DNA from: Leptogorgia sarmentosa
Taxonomy: Eukaryota
NCBI GenBank assembly: GCA_964658305.1
Contig: OZ210884.1
Span: forward strand, 1,736,001-1,800,000
Length of the DNA stretch: 64,000 nt
Direction: 5' to 3'
Part shown: positions 36,401 through 49,400 of the stretch, one piece after another
Layout of the letters: every line of letters begins with the position of its first letter
Position numbering within the stretch: position 1 is the stretch's first letter
Notes under the pieces: generated by a model
Told to the model about the DNA's origin: nothing
Databases searched by the model: none
Seen by the model: only the letters and a program-made list of their open reading frames with translations
Position numbers and translations under genes: made by a program

Positions 36401-38710
36401 GTAATTCAATAAGGAATCAGAGATAATAGAATGGATGTCATTCTGGTGTAATATTATCTATGAGTATGAGTAAGATTTATGCTAGATCATTCTGTATCCA
36501 GTGTCCTTGTTCGTAGTAAGAATTAGATGCGACGCATTTGTTAGCTACAAAACGGATGTCTATTTAAAGATTTTGCAGAAGAGAAAACTAAAAATGACGA
36601 CCTAGCACAAACTATACCAATGCTTAAGAATGAAGACATAATTATGGAGTTAAAATTATAGACTTTTGCAGATGATAAACCTTTACATTTGTAGCCAATT
36701 TCGCACCGAATTCATTGGAATATAATCGTACCGATACCACTGAGTACATTGCATCGTGCTGTATTGACAATTAGGTAGCCCTATAGTAAATAGACCATGT
36801 TATATAGTAAATGCAGTGTAAGTTTTGAACGCAATATAAGTTATTGAAGTTGTACAGACTATGAGCATAAATTGACAATATTTCCTCATTCCTCAGACGC
36901 CAGTGTTAGTCATCCGGTTATTTTAAAGTAAAGCCATCCATATATGTTTTAAGTCAGCACGTTCAGAATTCAAGATTCAAACTGCAACATTATATTATAT
37001 ATATAACGCCCATCCAGTTCCGAGCCATGGCGCGAAGCGTCGATCTGCCGTTAGCTCTGGCCATGGGCGATAGCAATAATTCCGTACCGGCTATTTTGTC
37101 CCGGGTAAAGAACAGCATAGCGGAATCCAAAGTTACTTCGCCACCATTTTGGGTCATGGTTTAAGATGCTAACTCGTTGGGTGGTCATAACTAATCTCAA
37201 AAATATGGCGGACAATCATAAAGGGCGTCAGGGAGGACACCAAAGGCTTCCTAAAAGTGGAGAAAAAAGGCGAAAACTATTGCTGCAAGACTATAAAAGA
37301 GTCCTGTGAAGATATTGATACTGGAAGAAGACAGAAAAGCCAGAACACACGACAATGGTTGAAATTCAAGACAAGAGTATGTATTGTTTTACAATAGATC
37401 AAGGTTTTGTCCAACATGGCAGCCGAAACTCGTTTTTATTTCTACCGATCGATTTTGAGGAAATACCGTAGAAATTAGGCAAATGCACAAAACACAAAAA
37501 TGTTGTTGCGATGAATTCGAACTTACGATTATTTTGTACATCGCGTATTTACAAAGGAAGCAAATTATATTCATGACGTAAGTGCATTGCTCAAAATTTG
37601 ATCTAATTTACGCAATATTGACTATAGTGAGCATTTTCATGTGGTCATATAATTATGGAGTCGTGACGTACATTGCAAAGCTGCACTGATTCGTAAGTGA
37701 TTCGGCGTAAACGCCGAAACAGGCCGAGTTATACCGATGGTTTATTGTTCTTTTGCAGATGGTGATTACGTTACATGCATGAAATAGGGAAACTGCAAAA
37801 CACAAATTCATTAAAATAGAACGAATTAACCTAATATTACAGGGACATAGAAATATACTAAATATATAACAATTTACTTAGTATATAGCTAACTATCTTC
37901 GTCAATACGAATATTCAACGATGATAATCGAGACAGAGGAATAATTGTTGTATTATAATTTTAGTTATAAAAATATGTAATATTTAAAAGAGATAAATAT
38001 CGCGACATGCACTTTCGTCATGAATCAGTCTAATTTTCCTTTTGAATACGTAATGTATAAGAAAAATATTACGATAGCCATTAAAATAACAAACAAAGCC
38101 GGTCTATTTTAATGACATGAGCACAAATTTACTAGTCGGCAAGGAATCAAAATGCTAGAAAACCAATATTTACTGGAGATATTATAGGCTAATTAGAGAT
38201 ATAACAAAGCACGATATATCCATGGATTAAATATGTACTTAAGTTTAGCAGTTTAATACTTTATAGCTATGAATTTACCCGGCTAATACTTATTTATTGA
38301 CAGTTAATTGCCACGTCGACAAAAGCTCAGGCAAAAGCCGTATCTAAACTAGCCTGTATTCTAGAGTTATATTAGGGCAAAAATGAACAACGAAGTATAG
38401 AAAGTTGATTATACAACGAGATATTCAGATCACAAAGTAGCTAAGAAACTAATAATTTATCTAAAGTCACCAAAGGCATGAATTGGAATGTTAGCTCTCT
38501 TACAATTTTTTCGTTGTATATGTCTACATCCAAACGATCAATACGTAATACACACGTACATAGCTACGTAGAATCTTTACGTCACAATTTATTGAAGTGA
38601 GTCAATAATGACTGGGCACCAAAAGATTAAGTTAATGTTATACGTTGGCGCGGTCAATTTAGGAGGTTGGTATTTTCCGCATTCGTAGAATTTACATAAA
38701 ATAGATAAAG

Positions 38711-40302
38711 TGTTAAATATGTCTTTATTCTGCACGAGGAGGGAATCGTTACAATTGGTCTATAGTATTCCTACTGTTCGTAAAGATCTTCCGTTGTCTT
38801 CTTAGCGTTGTTTAGTCGGTTTCTTCGTTGAGTTCGTCTGTTTGAGTTTCGGTAGCCTTTTCATTTGATACGCTTTTACTTCGGTCTACGTCCACTGACT
38901 CAAGTTGGGATGGGGAGTTCCTTTTATACTAACGGTCGAGGGGATCGTTGTCCACGTGAACAGCCAGGTGGCACGATACTGAATCCACCAATCAGCGTTC
39001 ATGTGTTGTACTATGAACCCTCGTTCCAGCTCTCCAATTCTGTTTGTTTAGGGTGTTGTCGCACTTCTCAAGTCAGTTTTACGCTCATTCTACCGATACT
39101 TAGATAGGTTAAGACTAACCTACTTCTTTACTTATTAATAACAAAATATTTGACGTGCAACCTCTAGGCTTAGCTTTACGAGTTAACTTAATTTAGAAGA
39201 GAATTTAACGAACTGAGATTTTGGTGACGTATTATTGTAATTACTCAACCGCGCGAATTATCTTGAGGCGTGATTGATGGCAAAACCCAAAGCATACGCA
39301 CGTGTAAGTACAAAGTTTCTATTTACCCAATGTACACGGTCTGTTCAAACACATCTGGCTTTTTTCCTCACTTTTCGATCAAACTTTGACAGTATCCAAG
39401 ATTGTTTATCTTCATTGTTACGCAGGTGCATAATATTGCGTAAACATTAAAGACAAGTTCCGCAGGCAAACTAAACATTACGCACGTGGAGGAGCTGCAT
39501 GATGAGTGACATTCTTGCTTCAAAATCCAAATAAAGTAAATTATAAATTTTCGAACCTACGCAGAGTGTCAATCACGGTTCCAATTAGGCGGATAGAGAA
39601 GATAAACAATCTTGGATACTGTCAAAGTTTGATCGAAAAGTGAGGAAAAAAGCCAGATGTGTTTGAACAGGCCGTGTACATTGTGTAAATAGAAACTTTG
39701 TACTTACGCGTGCGTATGCTTTGGGTTTTGCCATCAATCACGCCTCAAGATAATTCGCGCGGTTGAGTAATTATAATAATACGTCACCAAAATCTCAGTT
39801 CGTTAAATTCTCTTCTAAATTCAGTTAACTCTTAAAGCTAAGCCTAGAGGTTGCACGTGAAATATTTTGCTATTAATAAGTAATGAAGTAGGTTAGTCTT
39901 AACCTATCTATAAGTATCGGTAGAATGAGCGTAAAACTGACTTGAGAAGTGCGACAACACCCTAAACAAACAGAATTGGAGAGCTGGAACGAGGGTTCAT
40001 AGTACAACACATGAACGCTGATTGGTGGATTCAGTATCTTGCCACCTGGCTGTTCACGTGGACTACGATCCCCTCGACCGTTAGTATAAAAGGAACTCTC
40101 CATCCCAACTTGAGTCAGTGGACGTAGACCGAAGTAAAAGCGTATCAAATGAAAAGGCTACCGAAACTCAAACAGACGAACTCAACGAAGAAACCGACTA
40201 AACAACGCTAAGAAGACGACGGAAGATCTTTACGAACAGTAGGAATACTATAGACCAATTGTAACGATTCCCTCCTCGTGCAGAATAAAGACATATTTAA
40301 CA
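38711..40302. mobile_element. 1.6 kb foldback element with ~700-bp TIRs, TGT...ACA ends and 4-bp TSD (Ginger-like / inverted-LTR-like, non-autonomous)
   Basis: 38711-39413 is the near-perfect reverse complement of 39598-40302, with a 184-bp spacer. TSD AAAG at 38707-38710 and 40303-40306. Confidence 0.88.
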
Positions 40303-40794
40303 AAAGGATAATATAGTTAATATTCGTGCTGAAAACAACTGTGAAGTGGAGGAAATTAATCACGCTGTTGCACGATGCTGCAGCACGTCATGACTGAGGT
40401 ATAACCTTTATCAAGGTCCAATATCCATTTGCCCAATTGGGTTCTGTTGAGGAAATAACTGCAGCCTGACTACGTGAATTTAGCGGGCTAGAAAAGTGAA
40501 TGCTGATACATCATCATCCGGTCACACATTTATATATGTATATAAACAACTGGCCATATTCACAATATATACATAATTATGTATAATTCTGCTTATGTGG
40601 TCACAACTGCTAGTATGCTTTGCGGTGAAACAATGTCTACCAATGACCAGAGCGCGCAAGTAACCATAAGTTCTATCGCTTAAAAATCAGTGAGCGATCG
40701 TGAATGGACTTATTTATTTCGAGCAGCCACGAACAAGTCGGTCGACTGTTTACTGCGAGAACTCGACACCACGCATAAAGATAAGAAAGATTTA

Positions 40795-43700
40795 ATGATG
40801 AAACTATACCCACCAGTAACTGATGACGGAAAACCTTCTATGAATGGCTATCAACAAGTTTGTTGCGGCGATAATGAATCCGCTGAACTAGAACTCCATC
40901 CTCCCGTTAAAGCTTTGATGAATGCAATTCTCACCGATCCAGGTAAGCAACAGCGCCGTAATTGCCGTTCATATTAAAGCTCTGTCAAATCAACTCATAT
41001 TAATGTAATATTTTGCAACAACATCATTCTGTGGATATAATTATTTTGCGCGATACTTCTCTCGTTAGGCAACAGCAATTGGCTGATTACAATGGCATGC
41101 ATGAATTTAGGATTTCATTATCAGTTGACAGGAAAGTATGACAAAAGTCGATCCTTTTGTAGAAACATTTTAAAACTAGGTATAGATGGGTTACTGGTTT
41201 ATAAAAAAATGAACAAAAATACTCGGAACTCGTCTTGTGCAAATGAAAGCTAATTTGTGCCAAATTGATTCTATATACCCATACTCTCAAGGAAAAAGCA
41301 TGTATATTGGTAAAAAAATATTGCCAATTGGTTTTACAGAACACAATTTGCTTATTGGCAATTGGTTTAAACCCAACGCAATCGGGAACACTGGCAGATT
41401 TGTACCGGTTTGCAAAGTTTAACTTATTTACTGTCCTCAATAACGAAAATGCTAGGCAATCCCAACTAAAATATATCTTGAAAGTAGTTCCTGTAAATAC
41501 GCAAATATAATAAAAATAATAATAAGTAATAAATACAAGTAGCCTTAATCATGCAAACTCGCTAAAAGTTTAAAACAATATGAACACATTAAAAAAAGAC
41601 AAGAACATGAACAAGTACAACAACAAAAGGCGAGTAAGATATGGGATAAGCATAAGGATTCGAGGTCCCAACGAGACAGATCACACTAATACACTTGCAT
41701 AACTATAACAGAAAATACGAAAATAAGAGAAGAATTAAACTCTACATCTGACTGAACAGGAACACTAACTTAATCATCAATGACTGTATCACTCCAAAAA
41801 CTCCTATGGTCATAGTATAGTCAATTTGGAATTCTAACTAACGTAATAATAAGTAAATCTTGATATAAATTTAAATCACAAGAAATCTCGAAAACGAAAA
41901 GAACAGATTGGTTCACTCAAAATTTACGCCAAAATATATAGCATGATATATCCCTAGTGGTTAAAATGAAAATTTAGTTCATGTCTTTTTTTGCAGAAAA
42001 ATTGTTTTAAAGTGTCCGTTTTAACGATAGTAGCTAGTTTAAGACGAAGGTTTTCTTTTCACGTAGCTATCTCGTGCTCAAAAATTAAATTCGTCGAATT
42101 ATAAATTTAGAATTTTGAGGTTTCTCAGTCGGCCGACTTACTTAAAAAGCTTTATAGATTCATAATTAATGATATAAAATCAAAATAAATAAATTTTGGA
42201 GAGTACGCCGAATAGAGAATTACGTTTTATTGTTGAAATCAAGGCTTCATTTATATCATTGCGCTGGTTATACAAACATTGATGCTCATGATTTTTATAT
42301 TCCTTTTAGTTTCTCAATATCCAGACATAGTTTCGAAGATAGCAAATAGTTTTGTCGAGACAATAATCATAGGATAATTTGATTTTGATCGGGACGCCAA
42401 AAATATTTCGGGTTTTTAATACATTTCGTCGAAAATACACGACATAGAAAAAATTATCCTCTTAATAAAAATGTTTCTATCGAAATACACCAATTATATA
42501 AGGTAGAGTTGACTCTATCTATACCAATAAATAATTATGTGCTCTTGCCCATTTATAATCCAACACCGTATCAATACGTTATTCATTGATACTCATTTTA
42601 ACAACCTTTTTTGCTGTAGACGGAAAACAGCATTTCCTTTATGTACCATTAAAAAAACGCAGACAATAAAATGAGCGATTTGCTTTTCAACCTGGTTATA
42701 GTTTGGACAAAATATTGTGACTTTAAGATATTCGAAAGATATATAAGATTAAATCGTTCAATGCATGTCTATTGATAGTCTACACAGTATTGCACGTCTA
42801 TATGTAGTGTTCCGCTACCACTTAAGTTGTTGAAAAAGCTCTTGGAAACTCTTAACCGCAATGAATTTGTCTAGTCAAAACGAAGTGAGCTTAAGATTGA
42901 TGCACAAAGCCGCCTTTATTTGTCTTTTGTATATGCGTGGGCAACTGTACTCAAAACGATGCAGCGATACAAAGATCGACCCAGGAACTGGAACCTGGAA
43001 CCGGAGCTGGAATCGCTCATAATTCTTGAAAATTATCGCACTAAGCTTAATCCCTTATGAAAAATACACATATAAAAACCCACATGTGAAACACATGTGG
43101 TTCACATGTGGTATTGGAACAATCACATGTGATTCACATATGATTCACATATGATTCACATATGATTCACATATTATTCACATGTGATTCACATGTGCTT
43201 CACATGTGCTTCACATATGGGTTTTTACATGTGTTTCAGTTCACATGTGAATCACATATGATTGTTCCATTTCCACATGTGAACCACATGTGAACCACAT
43301 GTGAATCACATGTGAAACACATGTGTATTTTTCATAAGGGATAACCGTATCGCAAATCAGTGATATGAATTTCCAATGGGAAAGGGGGGGGGAGGAGACA
43401 GAGGCATATTAATTGTCGTAACAAACTAAAATTGTTTCTGTCACCAAAATAGAAAAATGCGCAGCGTGTTTTATTCAACACACTATAATATAAAATATAT
43501 GCACGACCGGGCAAAGAAGAATCTCTATGGTATGATCAATTCTCTTTTATACAATACATTCCGGTCGTTTATTTGTTCAATTATTTTCACGTTATATGGA
43601 AGAGAAAGTTTACACCGTTTAAATAGATAATTAGAAAATTTCACCTTTCATCTCATGAACATTTTCTTACCATTGCACTCATAAACATTTTTAATAGTGA

Positions 43701-46407
43701 TATTTAGCTATAGACTAGCTTTGCTTAAATTCAGACAGCACCCTTAATCACCAGCAATATAGTTTGAAATTATTCCACCAGTTTCGTGGAAGTGAGGATT
43801 TAATTCGCCTTACTCACTCTTTGAGGCCAGTCCCAAGTGTTACGAAGATTTTTTCAACTGAAAGATAAAATGTTTTGCTTTTCAATATCTGATTCACGAG
43901 AACTTTATTCATTAATACGGATAAATGCAATAGACAACCAAAACTTATAATGTAAATATTCAATAATTCAAAAGAATTCAATAATAATTTTGAATATTCC
44001 TAGTTCATTCAAAATGGCTCGTTTAGGGCAAAGTCAATTGGCGTTGGAAATTGTAAATGTATATGTTTGCATTTTTATCGTTGTTAGAGCTCAATATGTA
44101 TTTCCATCTAATGTTCTGGCAACAGAAGGAACTCCCAGAGATTGAACAAGGAGCCAAAATTTGGTCTTGGCAAACTATGATTCTTCTAATCAACATGATT
44201 ATTGACAGAGCTCCCCAGTTTGGCAAAATTGGATTAGCGCCAACTCCGATCGCCGAAATTTTCAATTGGCCAATGGCTACCGCTGCTGGGTTCGCAGTAT
44301 TCTCTAATGAAAAGGTGAGAAATTTTAAATTGGTTGAGGCTGATTTTGCAATATACATTATACGTTATACGTTATACATTAAACGTAATACATTATACAT
44401 TTTATTATTTCAAATAAGTTTAGAGTGGGTAAACTCGTCACATCTGCTTGGTAAAATACATAATATGACACAATTATGTCGTATATTGAAAATTAATATG
44501 TGACATTATGACGTCGACTAATTATGCGGCTTATGTTAAAAGCGGCGAGAAATAGATGTTCTCGTTTATACATTATACATTATACATTATACATTATACA
44601 TTATACATTATACATTATACATTATACATTATACATTATACATTATACATTATACATTATACATTATACATTATACATTATACATTATACATTATACATT
44701 ATACATTATACATTATACATTATACATTATACATTATACATTTTACATTATACATTATACATTATACATTATACATTATACATTATACATTATACATTAT
44801 ACATTATACATTATACATTATACATTATACATTATACATTATACATTATACATTATACATTATACATTATACATTATACATTATACATTATACATTATAC
44901 ATTATACATTATACATTATACATTATACATTATACATTATACATTATACATTATACATTATACATTATACATTATACATTATACATTATACATTATACAT
45001 TATACATTATACATTATACATTATACGTTATTATAACTTTTATAGGCCATCATAAGTTTTTATATTTATTGTTATTATTTTCTGTTAAGGTCAACAAACT
45101 ATTCAAAGATATTTTAAATTACTGGGGAACATTTCTACAAAGTGAGGAATCCGTGTATGTGTTAAATGATGATGCTCGTAAAGGATGGTTTGGGAAAGAC
45201 GCTATGGAAACCATGCCAAATTTCGTTGAAGAATTTGAATGCGATCCATCAGCACCTCACTACGGATTCAATTCGTGGGATGATTTCTTCGGGCGAAAAT
45301 TCCGCGAAGGAGTGCGTCCAGTTGAAGATCCTGATGATGATAGTGTTGTTGCAAATGCCTGCGAGTCAGCGCCCTATAGGCTGGCGTACAATGTGAAGAA
45401 TCAAGATATATTCTGGATCAAGAAATGTCCATACTCTTTGGGTAGGAGAAATATTTATATTGTACTAGTGTTGTCAATAATTTTAGAGTATTTCGACCAA
45501 CCTCGACATGTAGCACACAGTGGCGTAACGCAACCTCTGGGGGCCCTCCGACAGTCGACCACTTCGGGGCCCCCTTTGTTCCACTAATTAATAGGCTGAA
45601 TTTACCACTTATGTCTAAACAACGGCAAACCTCAGTTTGTTACAGAATAGACTCGATCCCGAATTTGAATTTAATGAATTTCGCTTCTCTCTTCCAAACC
45701 TGCCTATCGGTCTGTTTTTCGTATTTGAATTCCCCAGAAATGTGCTATCAATTTTTTATGTTCATCTTGTCGGGGGCCCCTAAAGTTCGGATTGGACACC
45801 CTGACACACCTCCGTTACGCCACTGGTAGCACAATTGAGTCTCAAACCTCAATTGAGTCTGAAACCAAAAATTCATTTAGATCACATGCTCAACAACGAT
45901 AAACTGGCAGAGAGATTCTGTGGTGGAACAGTTTACCAAGGCTTCCTAAGCCCGACCAGTTATCATCGATGGCACTGCCCAGTCTCAGGAACTATATTGA
46001 AAACTGATTTGGTTGATGGTTCGTATTATTCCCGACCCTACGACATTCAAACTGGTCTCTCCTCAATCCACGAATCTCAGGCCTACCTATGTCAGGTTGC
46101 CGCCCGAGGTATTGTATACATCCAAGCTGATAATCCTGATATTGGTTTGATGGCCTTCGTCTCGGTTGGCATGCTAGAAGTATCCAGCAATGAGGTTACA
46201 GTCAAATCTGGCGATCGCGTTAAAAAAGGAGACGAGATTGGTATGTTTCATTTTGGCGGTTCAAGCCATTGCCTCGTGTTCCAGCCTGGAGTGAAACTTC
46301 AATTTGATTTGCGTGGTCAAACACCCGGCACGCACCACAAAGAGTTGTTCGACATTCCAGTCCGGTCAAAAGTTGCGGTCGTAGCGAAACAAAAAAAATT
46401 GCGATAA
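40795..46407 (+). CDS. PsiD-like pyruvoyl-dependent decarboxylase (phosphatidylserine decarboxylase family with fungal/bacterial-type N-terminal domain; 'L-tryptophan decarboxylase-like')
   Basis: Exons <=40795-40942 (...LHPPVKALMNAILTDP), 44088-44314 (ELNMYFHLMF...WPMATAAGFAVFSNEK), 45090-45441 (VNKLFKDILNYWGTFL...GFNSWDDFFGRKFREGVRP...ANACESAP...), 45881-46407 (GGTVYQGFLSPTSYHRWHCPVSG...GMLEVSS...KKGDEIGMFHFGGSSH). GT-AG introns in phase; 417 aa from ATG 40795. The true start is uncertain (see findings). Confidence 0.88.
43052..43340. mobile_element. MITE with CCC...GGG termini, 2-bp TSD and dense CACATGTG/CACATATG subterminal repeats (animal EnSpm/CACTA-like)
   Basis: CCCTTATGAAAAATACACAT...ATGTGTATTTTTCATAAGGG flanked by AT on both sides; the interior is tandem 11-mers GATTCACATAT/GAACCACATGT. 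Confidence 0.75.
44566..45026. repeat. (TTATACA)n heptamer tandem array, about 65 units, in intron 2 of the decarboxylase gene
   Basis: Near-perfect array with one visible variant near 44743; a shorter degenerate array lies at about 44353-44400. Confidence 0.97.
45518..45825. mobile_element. hAT-like MITE
   Basis: TIRs CAGTGGCGTAACG...CGTTACGCCACTG; exact 8-bp TSD GTAGCACA (45510-45517, 45826-45833). Confidence 0.88.
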
Positions 46408-49400
46408 CTTTGACGAACCGACAAATCTAATTTTTTTCTACACGATATTTATATATAATTTATTTTAATAAATAGTCGTGTTACTACAAAATACGGAAGT
46501 ATTGTTGAAGCGGTATTGTCAGTAAAAACGATGGTTCAGGTCGAGTGAATCTAAATATATACGTAACAAATAATGTAACGAATTATCCAAATATAACCAA
46601 AAATGCAAACATTTTGTCAGTTGTTCACGGTATTATACACAAATACTTTAGGAGAAATTGACGCTGTTGAAAAATATGATAATCGTCGTATAGGGGGTGT
46701 ATAAGCAGCTGACAACTTTGAAGTAAGCCAACCTTGTGTGATGGTGCTCCTCTTTTTAGTGGTCAAATTTTGGCATATGGTCATGATCGAAAGCTAATTA
46801 CTATTAACGAATATATCGAATGGGTCTTCCTGCAGGATAGTGCTTGCCATCCATGAAACCGAATGTCTACTTTTCAGCAAGCATATTTTTGTCTCTGTTT
46901 ATTGTACTTCTTTTTAACAGTTTCACGTAATGGCATGCAAACGTTTCTAATTGTGTTGTTGAAATTGCCAGTTCTCGGAAGAGTTCTCTACTCGCCAATC
47001 AAAAACTTGAGCGAAGTTCGTTCACTTCGTAGGCTTATACACGCAACACCTCAAATTTCAGTGCGCGTGATTTGGTATTTTCACATGCGATTTTTTGTGT
47101 TATCTAATTATTTACGTCCTTGAAACAACGCAGTAAACTCCTTGCAAATATACTCTAAGAAGAAATCCATTTTACAGTCGATTCCAAGTCACTTTTTTCG
47201 AAGCACGTGGCCCAAGTTTGTTTTGAATATTCCCAATTACATTTCCAAATTTGGAGTTGAGCGTGCGAAAATAAGGAAGTTGATGAAAGAAGAATTTCAA
47301 GAAATCCATTTTGCCTGTATTGAGTCGAATTATATCTTTCGTTATTCGGTATTAAACTTGTTAAAATTTTGTAACTATATTTTTGTTATGAGAGTTATAG
47401 CTCGAAATTAAGTATATTACGGGAGAAATTCACTGTGGCGTCATGGCCGGTTTTTTTTCGGAAATGTTTGGAAATGTAACGGCTGTCGAAACAACTATAG
47501 TCGATCAATTATTATTGGTTTCCAAAGTAAAAGTCAATCGCCTGGCACGTGATTTTTTACCTTTTCCGAAAAACTCGTCACATCCCGCGTGGTTTGATGA
47601 CGCAATTCTGCAGGAAAAACCAAATAGTATTCCATTATTTTTTATTTTTGAACGTGGCAACAGCAACAGCAACAAGGACAGTAGTTCGTAGGTCGTTTAG
47701 CTTTTTGAACGATCAAAATGAAATCTGTCAATCTGAAAAGAACACTTATATATACAACTACAAATTTAGAGCTTAAATTTATGTTCAGTTATACAGAAGA
47801 CAAATCGGAGTGGAATTTAAAATTCACTTAGCCGTTGTTGAAGCTAAACAGGCTAGGAGCAGCCGGCCGCAGTAACAATAGTAGACGGGATCGATTCAAC
47901 CGCACTTACCTTTTTTCACTCGCACGTCCCCCTTTGCGCATTTTATGCAAATTACCGTTTTATATAAACAAGGAATTTTACAAGCAAATTTTATTTATAA
48001 TTTGTTATGATGAACTAATCTAGCTAATATTTCTCCACAAAAGTCTTATGCCTAAGAATTGACCTAATAAATATACTGATTCTTTCAAATAATGAAAACT
48101 CAAGTATTTAACGCATAACGACGCGTGTACAATCGACTATAGTTCACTATAATCCACATAGCTACCATCCTATCTTTAATTTGAGTACAGCCCGGCTGCC
48201 AAACGGCGACAATTTTCCGGCTTATAGCCGACCTCAAACATGCTAATCTGGTGGGATTATAGCTTCTTACATGCAGTGAGAAATTGGGCGGTGGGGTATG
48301 CATGGTCCTTTTTGTGGCGTCGCACTAGAATCCGCTTTAATATAAAGAAATTAATTTTGAAAACACTCATTAATGACTCAAGAAGAAAAGAGAAGAAACG
48401 TTAAACGTGCACGTGATTATGCAATGTAAGTATGTATTTGTGATTATGTTATTACAAACTATAATGAAATCACTACAATTATTTGTAGGCCTTTGCTGAT
48501 CTTGCTTCCCCGATTTCGCTTCTTGGACCTACAGGGGGTTGACTTAGCGTTTCGCGGGAGGCTTGAGGAGTTTCGAACTTCGCTGATTTAGCTCAATAAC
48601 ACAGATGTGATAATGATAGATATTTATTTCGATATGGATTCAATGTTCATCAGATGTGCGAGTTCGAACTAAAGGTGGCAAATAAACTATACTAAACCTA
48701 AGGTTAATTAATACACATCACACAAGTCATGCAAGTCATGCAACAGTTCATGATACTGTTCAACACGTTAAATAGCAGTAACGCAAAATAACAAAACAAT
48801 ATAATACAAGAATAAATCGCTCTTACTTTGGTCTCCTCTCTACGGTCGTTGAATATAGCTGCTTAGCCCGAATCGATTTCAATATAACAGCGGTGTGACT
48901 GTAATAGTCCTCTCTACTTGCAATCAGATCTTGTTCTATCTCGCTATCTCGCATGCATGTTAACTTATAATGTCACGTCACTGATGTTATAGGATCAACT
49001 AATTAATTAATTATTAAATTGCTATAAATTGGAATTATTGGATGTTTCAAACTAACATTATTATGGTTATGGATATATGAAAATTATCTTAGCGTTTAAT
49101 AATAAAAAAATATTGTTTTTAGTTCTTCAAGAAACCTAAACGTTAAACGATGAAAGGCTCTATAATAATTATGAAGGCATCGGAGATTACAAATTACCTT
49201 GGCAAACGAGCAGGAAAATTGACATTTTCACCAGTCTTCACCCCATGTTCATTTTGTATAAATGCAACGTTGAATTCGTGATTTTTGTCTCTAAATTACC
49301 GTTATCTTCTGCTTGCTTGCAGCTGAAAGTTTAAGATTCCTAGAGGACAAGGTTCCTGTATCGAAATGACAATACTATACTATTTACTGAATATGTTTTG

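Noticed and set aside
38865..40148. Two near-identical ORFs on opposite strands (MIRFYFGLRP...)
   Set aside because: They are the two arms of the foldback element; non-ATG starts and no recognisable domain.
40660..40690. 31-nt GT-AG mini-intron that would remove the TAA at 40681
   Set aside because: Very short, and splicing it would place TGA in frame immediately after.
44524..45089. Long ORFs with (IIHYTLY)n repeats, including the N-terminal half of the 343-aa ORF
   Set aside because: Translation of the stop-free (TTATACA)n array. The real exon starts at acceptor 45089/45090.
40633..46407. Decarboxylase as bacterial or fungal contamination
   Set aside because: It has phase-consistent spliceosomal introns containing repeat families shared with the rest of the window (e.g. 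42060-42465).
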